Below the pieces are notes generated by a model. It worked only from the letters and a program-made list of their open reading frames with translations. It was not told the DNA's origin and made no database searches. A program made the position numbers and the translations under genes. From Eledone cirrhosa (lineage: Eukaryota), in NCBI GenBank assembly GCA_964016885.1, contig OZ024742.1, forward strand, positions 361,150,001 to 361,214,000: a DNA stretch of 64,000 nt. Reading direction: 5' to 3'. Position 1 is the stretch's first letter, and each line of letters opens with the position of its first letter. This document shows, piece by piece, positions 29,815 through 39,275 of the stretch.

Positions 29815-32800
29815 TCATCATCATCATCATCAACGTTTAACGTCCGTGTTCCACGCTTGCATGGGTTTGGACGGGGGTAGTCCCACTTGAGGCAAGAGTG
29901 ATTGTCTTGCTCGCATAGGACTGTCTGGCAGGTTTTCTACAGTTGGATGCCCTTCCTAACACCAACCACATTTACAGTGTGGGTCTGGGAGGTTTTTACC
30001 GTGTTGCCTACACGGCCACATTACAGCGTGGACTGTGTGTTTTTTTGTCGTGACACCTACACGATCTCATTTGTTTCGGCCTCGATGGCGCGGCACCAAC
30101 ATAACTTTACATAGAACGGGGTGGTGTGGATCGGGTGGGGGTGGTGGTGGTGGGACGGGGTGTATTTTGTTAGAGATGCCTACTGGCTGGAGTAGGTTTT
30201 ACTATATATTTAGGTAAGGCGGGTCTTCTCTGTTACTGAGTACCGCCAAAGGTCTCGGTCCAGTGACATTGTCTTGGAGAGGTGTAAGTGTGTGACGTCG
30301 GAGTTTATCAGCTCGTCCCAGGTTTTTCTAGGTCTGCCTATTCCGTGACTACCGTCTATCTTTATTGCCCTGCACTTTGTTATACAGCTATCGACTTTCA
30401 TGCGCATCACGTGTCCATACCAACGTAGCCTTCTCTCGAGTAAACAACATCTGATCCCTCTTATCTCTAATTTTTTCCTTAGTTCGTTTATGCTTTGCCG
30501 TTCACGTATATTACTGTTACACATCCAGCGGAGCATGCAAGCTTCGTTCCTCTCTAGTCTGCGTATATCCTCTGCACACAATGCCCAGGTCTCACTACCA
30601 TGCAGCATTGCTGTTCGTATGCAGGCATCGTACAACCTGCCTTTCATTTTTAGTGAGAACCCTTTAGCAGCTAATAGTGGTATAAGCTCTCTGAACTTTT
30701 TCCAACCAGTTCTGACTCTAGCTACAGTACTTTCAGAGCACCCTCCCCCACTGCTGATTTTATCGCCCAGGTAACGGAAGCTGTCCACTATTTCTATAGA
30801 ACCCTCTGCGCAATTGAAAGAGCTAGTAGTTTGTGGGCACTTGCTGCTACTTATTGCACCAGAGCACCGGCCACATGTAAAATCTATGTTCTTAGTTAGC
30901 TTACCTGTGATCCCACTACATCTTTTATGCACCCATACTTTGCATTTAGGACATAAAATGGAGTTTCTACCTACGCCTTTCCTACACACCGAGCACGACC
31001 ATTTCCCAGAAGGGACCGCCGCCTTGTTTTCTTTCCTACAAACTAGTACTTTGGTCTTAGCCAGGTTAATTTTAAGTCCTTTTGACTCTAGGCCGTGCTT
31101 CCATGTTTGGAATTTCTTCTCTAGCTCGGCCATTGATTCCGCTATGAGTGTCAGGTCGTCTGCGTATAGGAGTTCCCATGGGCAGCCTGTCTTGAACTCC
31201 TCTGTTATAGCCTGAAGGGCAATAATAAATAGTAGTGGACTGAGAACAGAGCCCTGATGGACGCCAACTTTTACGCTAAACTCTTCACTATATTCGTTGT
31301 TAATTCTAACCTTGCTGACTGTTTCTTTATACATGGCTTGTATAGCCCTCACAAGCCATTCGTCAACGCCTAGTTTTCTAAGAGCCCACCAGATAATGGA
31401 GCGGGGGACTCTGTCGAAGGCTTTCTCCAAGTCGACAAAAGCTAAGTAGAGGGGTTTACCTTTAGCTAGGTACTTCTCCTGTAGTTGTCGTACTATGAAA
31501 AGAGCGTCTGTGGTACTTTTGCCTGAAACAAACCCGAACTGCATTTCATCTAGGTCAATTCTCTCTCTGATTAGTTGCGCTATTACTTTTTCCGTGACCT
31601 TCATGACCTGGTCGATTAATTTAATGCCTCTATAGTTACTCCTATCTAGGGCGTCTCCTTTACCCTTATAACAGTTAACGATGATGCTGCTATGCCAGTC
31701 CTTCGGAACAACCCCATTCTGTACGACTTGGTTAACTATGCGGGTGACCATGGTGTGTCCCACCGTGCCAGATGCCTTCAGCATCTCAGCAACTATTTCC
31801 GAAGGCCCAGCCGCCTTACCAGTCTTCATATCCTTGATTGCCTTACTTATTATACTCCCCTCGACTAACACTGCTGGTCCCTCTATTGGGTCGATATGGG
31901 GGAGACTGCCTTTCTCCCAATTATTCTCCTCATTTAGTAGCCTTTCATAGTGACACTTCCAAGCTACCTTCTTATCAGCGTCGGTGATGGCAAGTGTGCC
32001 ATCGTCGTTTAGTACACACTTCTCCCCGACAATATCACGGTTTTCCTTGACGCATTGCCTAGCAATCCTGAACACCTCACGTTTTTGGTCATCGCGTTGT
32101 AGAACATGCTTGAACTTTCTTTCCTCAGCTTCCCTTCTTGCTAAGTACACTTCTCTCCTAGCTTCCCTCCTGGCCACTTGATAGTCCTCTCTACTTCCCC
32201 CATCCCGCCATACTTTCCAAGCCTGCTTTTTGGCCTTAATTGACCCCTCCACCTTACTGTTCCACCACCATGTTACTCTCCTCCTGCCTACAGGCCTGCT
32301 CCAGCCACAGACCTCGTCTGTCGCCAACAGCAGGTTTGCTTTCAGAAATTCCCACTCTCCCTCTATATTGTCCGACTCTAAATGTTCTTCCTTACTGTCG
32401 AAAGCATCAAGTAATATGCTTTGAAATTTATTCCTGGCTGTGGGGTCCTTTAGCTTCCATATTTTCCTCCTGAGGATAGTCCTCTTCTGTTGTCGAGTAC
32501 GTCTCGTCCTGACTATGAGGTCGCTAATTATCAGTCTATGTTGGGAGGTGCATTCTTCATGGGGGAGGGATTTAGTGTTAACAACAGACACTCTGTCACG
32601 TCTTCTGGTAAGGATATAATCTACCTGGCTTGTGTGTTCCCCGGATCTATAGGTGATCAGGTGATTGTCACGTTTTTTGAAGTTAGTGTTACAGATAGTT
32701 AGGTTATTTGCATCACAGAATTCCAGGATTCTGGAGCCTTCCTCATTTCTAGTACCAAACCCATAGCCTCCATGGATTTCGTCGTAGCCGTCACAATGTT

Positions 32801-33218
32801 GTCCAACGTGACCATTTAGGTCGCCTGCGATAATTATATAGTCACTGTCGGATATTTGGGAGGTAGTTAGCATCAGTGTCTCATAGAATCTGTCTTTTAT
32901 AGTGCCGGGCAGTCCGGATTGGGGTGCGTACGCAGATATTACTGTCACCGTAGTTCTATTGAGGACAAGTCGTATTTTAATTATTCTGTCGTTCACTCTA
33001 TTTACGTCTATTATCTTATCTGCCCACTTTTCTGCTACCATGATTCCTACTCCACCCAGCCCATCGTCGTTTCCCACCCAGAAAAGCTTATAACATCGTT
33101 TTTTACCCTCAATGAACCTAGCAGACCCACCCCTCCACCTGGTCTCTTGAATACAACAAACATCGACCTCCTTACGTTCAAGCATTTCTACAACCTCGTT
33201 AGCGCGACCCTTTAGGGT
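29815..33218 (-). mobile_element. Near full-length young RTE-clade LINE, slightly 5'-truncated, with (GAT)n tail and 7-bp TSD GTAATCA
   Basis: GTAATCA at 29808-29814 and 33219-33225. The empty site GATATTGGTAATCAAAAAGAAAA is at ~26840. The ORF is uninterrupted. Confidence 0.97.
30210..33218 (-). CDS. RTE ORF: APE endonuclease + reverse transcriptase with internal PHD-type finger; frame open up to the 5' junction (TLKGRANEVVE precedes the first Met at 33185)
   Basis: EN motifs CIQETRW, AGDLNGHVG, SQVDYIL and SQHRL. RT motifs DLEKAFD, GVHQGSVLSPLLF, YADD and FRYLG. C-terminal RRLRWYGHV and GRPRKTW. The first EN motif (NV) is cut off. Confidence 0.96.
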   Translation of the reverse strand, partial: TLKGRANEVVEMLERKEVDVCCIQETRWRGGSARFIEGKKRCYKLFWVGNDDGLGGVGIMVAEKWADKIIDVNRVNDRIIKIRLVLNRTTVTVISAYAPQSGLPGTIKDRFYETLMLTTSQISDSDYIIIAGDLNGHVGQHCDGYDEIHGGYGFGTRNEEGSRILEFCDANNLTICNTNFKKRDNHLITYRSGEHTSQVDYILTRRRDRVSVVNTKSLPHEECTSQHRLIISDLIVRTRRTRQQKRTILRRKIWKLKDPTARNKFQSILLDAFDSKEEHLESDNIEGEWEFLKANLLLATDEVCGWSRPVGRRRVTWWWNSKVEGSIKAKKQAWKVWRDGGSREDYQVARREARREVYLARREAEERKFKHVLQRDDQKREVFRIARQCVKENRDIVGEKCVLNDDGTLAITDADKKVAWKCHYERLLNEENNWEKGSLPHIDPIEGPAVLVEGSIISKAIKDMKTGKAAGPSEIVAEMLKASGTVGHTMVTRIVNQVVQNGVVPKDWHSSIIVNCYKGKGDALDRSNYRGIKLIDQVMKVTEKVIAQLIRERIDLDEMQFGFVSGKSTTDALFIVRQLQEKYLAKGKPLYLAFVDLEKAFDRVPRSIIWWALRKLGVDEWLVRAIQAMYKETVSKVRINNEYSEEFSVKVGVHQGSVLSPLLFIIALQAITEEFKTGCPWELLYADDLTLIAESMAELEKKFQTWKHGLESKGLKINLAKTKVLVCRKENKAAVPSGKWSCSVCRKGVGRNSILCPKCKVWVHKRCSGITGKLTKNIDFTCGRCSGAISSSKCPQTTSSFNCAEGSIEIVDSFRYLGDKISSGGGCSESTVARVRTGWKKFRELIPLLAAKGFSLKMKGRLYDACIRTAMLHGSETWALCAEDIRRLERNEACMLRWMCNSNIRERQSINELRKKLEIRGIRCCLLERRLRWYGHVMRMKVDSCITKCRAIKIDGSHGIGRPRKTWDELINSDVTHLHLSKTMSLDRDLWRYSVTEKTRLT

Positions 33219-34059
33219 GTAATCAAAAAGAAAAAAAAAAGAAAGATCTGATATTGTGATGATAAAGTGATGATATATTGATGTTATTGTGATGTTCTAT
33301 TGTGACTATATTGTTATGATATAGTGAAGATATTTTGATGCTATTATGTTGATATTGGTAATCAAAAATGATATTGTCATGTTGAAGTTTTACTGATGAT
33401 ATTGATGATTTGGTGGTATTGTGATGAGATTGTGAAGAGATTGTGATGAGATTGTGGATAAATGGTGATGATATTTGGTAATACTGATGTTATTGTGGTG
33501 ATATTATGAAGATATTGGTAATAAAAAAATGAAAAAAAGAAAAAAAAAAAAAGAAAAAAGAAGAGAAAAAAGGAAAAGAAAAAAATATGTTCGTTGTGAT
33601 ACAGTAGTGATATTGTGATGGTAGTAATATGGTATTGATGATATTGAAAATATTGCTAACAAAACAACATGGAAAAAAGAAATGAAAGAGAAAATAAAAA
33701 AATAAAAAAATTGTGATATATTTATGATATTGTGGTGATAGTGGTGATATTGATGATATATTGATGAAACTGATGATATTGTGATTATATTGACGATATA
33801 ATGATGATACTGTATGATATCGCGATGATATTGCGATGATATATTGATATTTTTATGATATTGTTATGATATTGTCATGATATTCTGATGATACTATGAT
33901 GATATGGTGATTGTATGGCAGTGATATTGATGATATTGTGAAGATATTGGTAACCAAAATCGAAAAAAAGAAGAAAAAATGAAAAAAGAGAAAAAAAAGA
34001 AAAGTAGTAAAAGAAAAAAATGTGATATTGTGATGGTAGTGATATGGTATTGATGATAT

Positions 34060-34820
34060 TGATGGTATAGTGGTGATGATGATGATGATATAGTGGTGAT
34101 GTTGATGGTATAGTGGTGATGTGGATGGTATAGTGGTGATATTGATGGTAGAGTGATGATGATGATGGTATAGAGGTGATGTTGATGGTATAGTGATGAT
34201 ATTGATGGTATAGTGATGATAATGATGGTATAGTGGTGATGATGGTATAGTGGTGATGTTGATGGTATAGTGGTGATGTTGATGGTATAGTGGTGATATT
34301 GATGGTATAGGGTGATGTTGATGGTGTAGTGGTAATGTGGATGGTATAATGAGGGTATAGTGGTGATGTTGATGGTATAGTGGTGATGTTGATGGTATAG
34401 TGATGATATTGATGGTATAGGGGTGATGTTGATGGTATAGTGGTGATGTGGATGGTATAGTGGTGATGTTGATGGTATAGTGATGGTATAGTGGTGATAG
34501 TGATGGTATAGTGGTGATAGTGATGATATAGTGGTGATAGTGATGGTATAGTGGTGATAGCGATGATATAGTGGTGATAGCGATGGTATAGTGGTGATAG
34601 TGATGGTATAGTGGTGATAGTGATGGTATAGTGGTGATAGTGATGGTATAGTGGTGATAGTGATGATATAGTGGTGATAGTGATGGTATAGTGGTGCTAG
34701 TGATGATATAGTGGTGATAGTGATGGTATAGTAGTGATAGTGATGGTATAGGGTGATAGTGATGATATAGTTGTGATATTGATAATATAGAGGTGATAGT
34801 GATGATATTGATGGTATAGT
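34060..34820. repeat. 20-bp minisatellite GATGGTATAGTGGTGAT(GTT/AGT)
   Basis: 20-nt period is clear at 34261-34310 and 34490-34740. Confidence 0.9.
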
Positions 34821-35531
34821 GATATTAGCAATGATTGTGATGACAAAAATTACTGTGAATTTATGAGGATGATTTATATTTGTACCAATCACATTACTAT
34901 TTATTTCTGATAACTGAAAATATTTTGAATATTAATATTTTTAGAATATTTCTGAATTGATTTTCATCTTTTATTTTGTAAATGTGTATAACGTACTCAT
35001 TTATACTTGTGTCTGACAGACAAAATGTAGGATTTACATATAAAATATATATGTTTGAAGTTAGCTTAATTTTGTTTTCTTTATGGTGGCAGTGAGGAAA
35101 ACGAAAAGAAGATAATATTTTGGCAAATTCTGAAAGACTGTATTTTGTTGAATTGGTTGAGATTTACAATATGGCGTTTGGTAATAGTTGAAAATAAGCT
35201 TAGAACTGTGATGTTATATAACATTATTCAAACAAAACTTGCACAATGAATTACTTCTACTATGAAAATAACAAAGAAACTCTTTTCATTGTAATTTCTT
35301 TCATTTTTAGTACATTATAATTGAAGTTCCTATTGTAGTTTATCTGTTAAATAATTTTCTACATGTATATATTTCTTTGTTGTTTTTATTCTTATTCAAG
35401 TTGCTCACCTACATTACGAGAAAAAATAGCAACTTTGCAAAAAATAAATTATAGTTGAGATACCTACACACACATGTATTTATATATATGTATATATACA
35501 TGTGAGTGTGTGTGTATATATATATATATAT

Positions 35532-35874
35532 GGAGGCACATGGCTTAGTGGTTAGAGCATTGGCTTTGCAATCGAAAGGTTGTGAGTTCAATTCTCAGAC
35601 CGGCTGATGTGTTGTTTCCTTGAGCAAGACACTTTATTTCACATTGCTCCAGTTTACTCAGCTGTAGAAATGAGATGATAGGGACTGGGGTCCCTATCAT
35701 TCCACTGCAAAGTGGTCGTGTAGGTGCCACGGCAAAAAAGCACCCCTCACTCACTGTAAAATGAGGTTGGTGTTAGGAAGGGCATCCAGCTGTAGAAATC
35801 AAGCCAGAATCAGTTCCCGTCCCACCCTTGTAAGCAGGGAAAAAGTGGACATAAAATGAAATGATGATGATGAT
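35532..35874 (+). mobile_element. tRNA-derived SINE with CORE-like centre and RTE-derived 3' tail
   Basis: A box TGGCTTAGTGG and B box GAGTTCAATTC. TGTTTCCTTGAGCAAGACACTT resembles the CORE domain. The 3' part has GGTGTTAGGAAGGGCATCCAGCTGTAGAAA, as in the RTE 3' UTR, and a (GAT)n tail. Flanked by (TA)n. Confidence 0.88.
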
Positions 35875-35892
35875 ATATATATATATACGTAA

Positions 35893-38800
35893 ATAATAGA
35901 CGTAAATAGAGTGAACGACAGAATAATTAAAATACGACTTGTCCTCAATAGAACTACGGTGACAGTAATATCTGCGTACGCACCCCAATCCGGACTGCCC
36001 GGCACTATAAAAGACAGATTCTATGAGACACTGATGCTCACTACATCCCAAATATCTGACAGTGACTATATAATTATTGCAGGCGACCTAAATGGTCATG
36101 TTGGGCAACATTGTGACGGCTACGACGAAATCCATGGAGGCTATGGGTTTGGTACTAGAAATGAGGAAGGCTCCAGAATCCTGGAATTCTGTGATGCAAA
36201 TAACCTAACTATCTGTAACACTAACTTCAAAAAACGTGACAATCACCTGATCACCTATAGATCCGGGGAACACACAAGCCAGGTAGATTATATCCTTACC
36301 AGAAGACGTGACAGAGTGTCTGTTGTAAACACTAAATCCCTCCCCCATGAAGAATGCACCTCCCAACATAGACTGATAATTAGCGACCTCATAGTCAGGA
36401 CGAGACGTACTCGACAGCAGAAGAGGACTATCCTCAGGAGAAAAATATGGAAGCTAAAGGACCCCACAGCCAAAAATAAATTTCAAAACATATTACTTGA
36501 TGCTTTCGACAGTAAGGAAGAACATTTAGAGTCGGACAATATAGAGGGACAGTGGGAATTTCTGAAAGCAAACCTGCTGTTGGCGACAGACGAAGTCTGT
36601 GGCTGGAGCAGGCCTGTAGGCAGGAGGAGAGTAACATGGTGGTGGAACAGTAAGGTGGAGGGGTCAATTAAGGCCAAAAAGCAGGCTTGGAAAGTATGGC
36701 GGGATGGGGGAAGTAGAGTAGACTATCAAGTGGCCAGGAGGGAAGCTAGGAGAGAAGTGTACTTAGCAAGAAGGGAAGCTGAGGAAAGAAAGTTCAAGCA
36801 TGTCCTACAACGCGATGACCAAAAACGTGAGGTGTTCAGGATTGCTAGGCAATACGTCAAGGAAAACCGTGATATTGTCGGGGAGAAGTGTGTACTTAAC
36901 GATGATGGCATACTTGCCATCACCGACACTGATAAGAAGGTAGCTTGGAAGTGTCACTATGAAAGGCTACTAAATGAGGAGAATAAATGGGAGAAAGACA
37001 GTCTCCCCCATGTCGACCCAATAGAGGGACCAGCAGTGTTAGTCGAGGGGAGTATAATAAGTAAGGCAATCAAGGATATGAAGACAGGTAAGGCGGCTGG
37101 GCCTTCGGAAATAGTTGCTGAGATGCTGAAGGCATCTGGCACGGTGGGACACACCATGGTCACCCGCATAGTTAACCAAGTCGTACAGAATGGGGTTGTT
37201 CCGAAGGACTGGCATAGCAGCATCATCCTTAACTGTTATAAGGGTAAAGGAGACGCCCTAGATAGGAGTAACTATAGAGGCATTAAATTAATCGACCAGG
37301 TCATGAAGGTCACGGAAAAAGTAATAGCGCAACTAATCAGAGAGAGAATTGACCTAGATGAAATGCAGTTCGGGTTTGTGTCAGGCAAAAGTACCACAAA
37401 CGCTCTTTTCATAGTACGACAACTACAGGAGAAGTTCCTAGCTAAAGGTAAACCCCTCTACTTAGCTTTTGTCGACCTGGAGAAAGCCTTCGACAGAGTC
37501 CCCCGCTCCATTATCTGGTGGGCTCTTAGAAAACTAGGCGTTGACGAATGGCTTGTGAGGGCCATACAAGCCATGTATAAAGAAACAGTCAGCAAGGTTA
37601 GAATTAACAACGAATATAGTGAAGAGTTTAGCGTAAAAGTTGGCGTCCATCAGGGCTCTGTTCTCAGCCCCCTACTATTTATTATTGCCCTTCAGGCTAT
37701 AACAGAGGAGTTCAAGACAGGCTGCCCATGGGAACTCCTATACGCAGACGACCTGACACTCATAGCGGAATCAATGGCCGAGCTAGAGAAGAAATTCCAA
37801 ACATGGAAGCACGGCCTAGAGTCAAAAGGACTTAAAATTAACCTGGCTAAGACCAAAGTTCTAGTTTGTAGGAAAGAAAACAAGGCGGCGGTCCCTTCTG
37901 GGAAATGGTCGTGCTCGGTGTGTAGGAAAGGCGTAGGTAGAAACTCCATTTTATGTCCTAAATGCAAAGTATGGGTGCATAAAAGATGTAGTGGGATCAC
38001 AGGTAAGCTAACTAAGAACATAGATTTTACATGTGGCCGGTGTTCTGGTGCAATAAGTAGCAGCAAGTGCCCACAAAATACTAGCTCTTTCAATTGCGCA
38101 GAGGGTTCTATAGAAATAGTGGACAGCTTCCGTTACCTGGGCGATAAAATCAGCAGTGGGGGAGGGTGCTCTGAAAGTACTGTAGCTAGAGTCAGAACTG
38201 GTTGGAAAAAGTTCAGAGAACTTATACCACTATTAGCTGCTAAAGGGTTCTCCCTAAAAATGAAAGGCAGGTTGTACGATGCCTGCATACGAACAGCAAT
38301 GTTGCATGGCAGTGAGACCTGGGCATTGTGTGCAGAGGATATACGCAGACTAGAGAGGAACGAAGCTTGCATGCTCCGCTGGATGTGTAACAGTAATATA
38401 CGTGAACGGCAAAGCATAAACGAACTAAGGAAAAAATTAGAGATAAGAGGGATCAGATGTTGTTTACTCGAGAGAAGGCTACGTTGGTATGGACACGTGA
38501 TGCGCATGAAAGACGATAGCTGTATAACAAAGTGCAGGGCAATAAAGATAGACGGTAGCCACGGAATAGGCAGACCTAGAAAAACCTGGGACGAGCTGAT
38601 AAACTCCGACCTCACACACTTACACCTCTCCAAGACAATGTCACTGGACCGAGACCTTTGGCGGTACTCAGTAACAGAGAAGACCCGCCTTGCCAGTAGG
38701 CATCTCTAACAAAATACACCCCGTCCCGCCACCACCCCCACCCATCCACACCACCCCGTCCTATGTAAAGTTATGTTGGTGCCGCGCCATCGAGGCCGAA

Positions 38801-39067
38801 ACAAATGAGATCGTGTAGGTGTCACGACAAAAAAACACACAGTCCACGCTGTAATGTGGCCGTGTAGGCAACACGGTAAAAACCTCCCAGACCCACACTG
38901 TAAATGTGGTTGGTGTTAGGAAGGGCATCCAACTGTAGAAAACCTGCCAGACAGTCCTATGCGAGCAAGACAATCACTCTTGCCTCAAGTGGGACTACCC
39001 CCGTCCAAACCCATGCAAGCGTGGAACACGGACGTTAAACGTTGATGATGATGATGATGATGATGAT
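35893..39067 (+). mobile_element. 5'-truncated young RTE LINE, nearly identical to the 29815-33218 copy, inverted relative to it, inserted in (TA)n
   Basis: Collinear sequence from ATAATAGACGTAAATAGAGTG through the 3' UTR to (GAT)n. Confidence 0.97.
35911..38709 (+). CDS. RTE ORF (932 aa, open; lacks the N-terminal EN motifs including IQET; RT with PHD-type insertion intact)
   Basis: Same motifs as the 30210-33218 ORF, including YADD. The GTG 'start' is an artefact of 5' truncation. Confidence 0.93.
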   Translation: MNDRIIKIRLVLNRTTVTVISAYAPQSGLPGTIKDRFYETLMLTTSQISDSDYIIIAGDLNGHVGQHCDGYDEIHGGYGFGTRNEEGSRILEFCDANNLTICNTNFKKRDNHLITYRSGEHTSQVDYILTRRRDRVSVVNTKSLPHEECTSQHRLIISDLIVRTRRTRQQKRTILRRKIWKLKDPTAKNKFQNILLDAFDSKEEHLESDNIEGQWEFLKANLLLATDEVCGWSRPVGRRRVTWWWNSKVEGSIKAKKQAWKVWRDGGSRVDYQVARREARREVYLARREAEERKFKHVLQRDDQKREVFRIARQYVKENRDIVGEKCVLNDDGILAITDTDKKVAWKCHYERLLNEENKWEKDSLPHVDPIEGPAVLVEGSIISKAIKDMKTGKAAGPSEIVAEMLKASGTVGHTMVTRIVNQVVQNGVVPKDWHSSIILNCYKGKGDALDRSNYRGIKLIDQVMKVTEKVIAQLIRERIDLDEMQFGFVSGKSTTNALFIVRQLQEKFLAKGKPLYLAFVDLEKAFDRVPRSIIWWALRKLGVDEWLVRAIQAMYKETVSKVRINNEYSEEFSVKVGVHQGSVLSPLLFIIALQAITEEFKTGCPWELLYADDLTLIAESMAELEKKFQTWKHGLESKGLKINLAKTKVLVCRKENKAAVPSGKWSCSVCRKGVGRNSILCPKCKVWVHKRCSGITGKLTKNIDFTCGRCSGAISSSKCPQNTSSFNCAEGSIEIVDSFRYLGDKISSGGGCSESTVARVRTGWKKFRELIPLLAAKGFSLKMKGRLYDACIRTAMLHGSETWALCAEDIRRLERNEACMLRWMCNSNIRERQSINELRKKLEIRGIRCCLLERRLRWYGHVMRMKDDSCITKCRAIKIDGSHGIGRPRKTWDELINSDLTHLHLSKTMSLDRDLWRYSVTEKTRLASRHL

Positions 39068-39187
39068 ATATATACATACATATATATATATACATACATG
39101 TATGTATACATATATATACATACATATATATATATACATACATATATATATATGTATACATATATATATATACATACATATATATAT

Positions 39188-39220
<33 letters not shown>

Positions 39221-39275
39221 CATCCATATATATATGTATATATATATATACATCCATATATATATACATCCATAT
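39068..39275. repeat. (TA)n/(TACA)n microsatellite with CATCCA interruptions
   Basis: Direct reading of the sequence. Confidence 0.95.

Larger units (their letters stand above)
21913..33650. repeat. ~2.9-kb GAT-rich / A-tract macro-repeat, 3 tandem copies (copies 1 and 3 interrupted by RTE insertions)
   Basis: The complex anchor TGACCAGTATAGAGCTAGTAAGC...GGTATTGAGTACTCCTTACAG occurs at 22081, 25698 and 28606, and the downstream A-rich blocks are collinear. Confidence 0.92.

Noticed and set aside
30400-33215. Antisense ORFs overlapping the RTE ORFs (also 36288-38633)
   Set aside because: These are shadow frames of the RT ORF with no independent motifs.
33212-33217. TTAGGG at the RTE 5' junction as telomere addition
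   Set aside because: It is in-frame RTE coding sequence (TLKG) on the minus strand.
23612-34892. Long His/Ile/Thr- or Phe-rich minus-strand ORFs (e.g. 27988-28572, 33894-34892)
   Set aside because: They are translations of GAT-rich minisatellites and A-tracts, with no domain signal.
34900-35450. Possible host exon in unique AT-rich sequence (also 46200-47600, 53300-54650, 56500-57800)
   Set aside because: No ORF with recognisable homology or convincing splice-bounded exon. Small exons cannot be excluded without RNA data.
35532-35600. tRNA gene (also 60675-60745)
   Set aside because: A and B boxes are present, but the sequence continues into a SINE body without a proper acceptor stem or terminator, so it is a SINE head.
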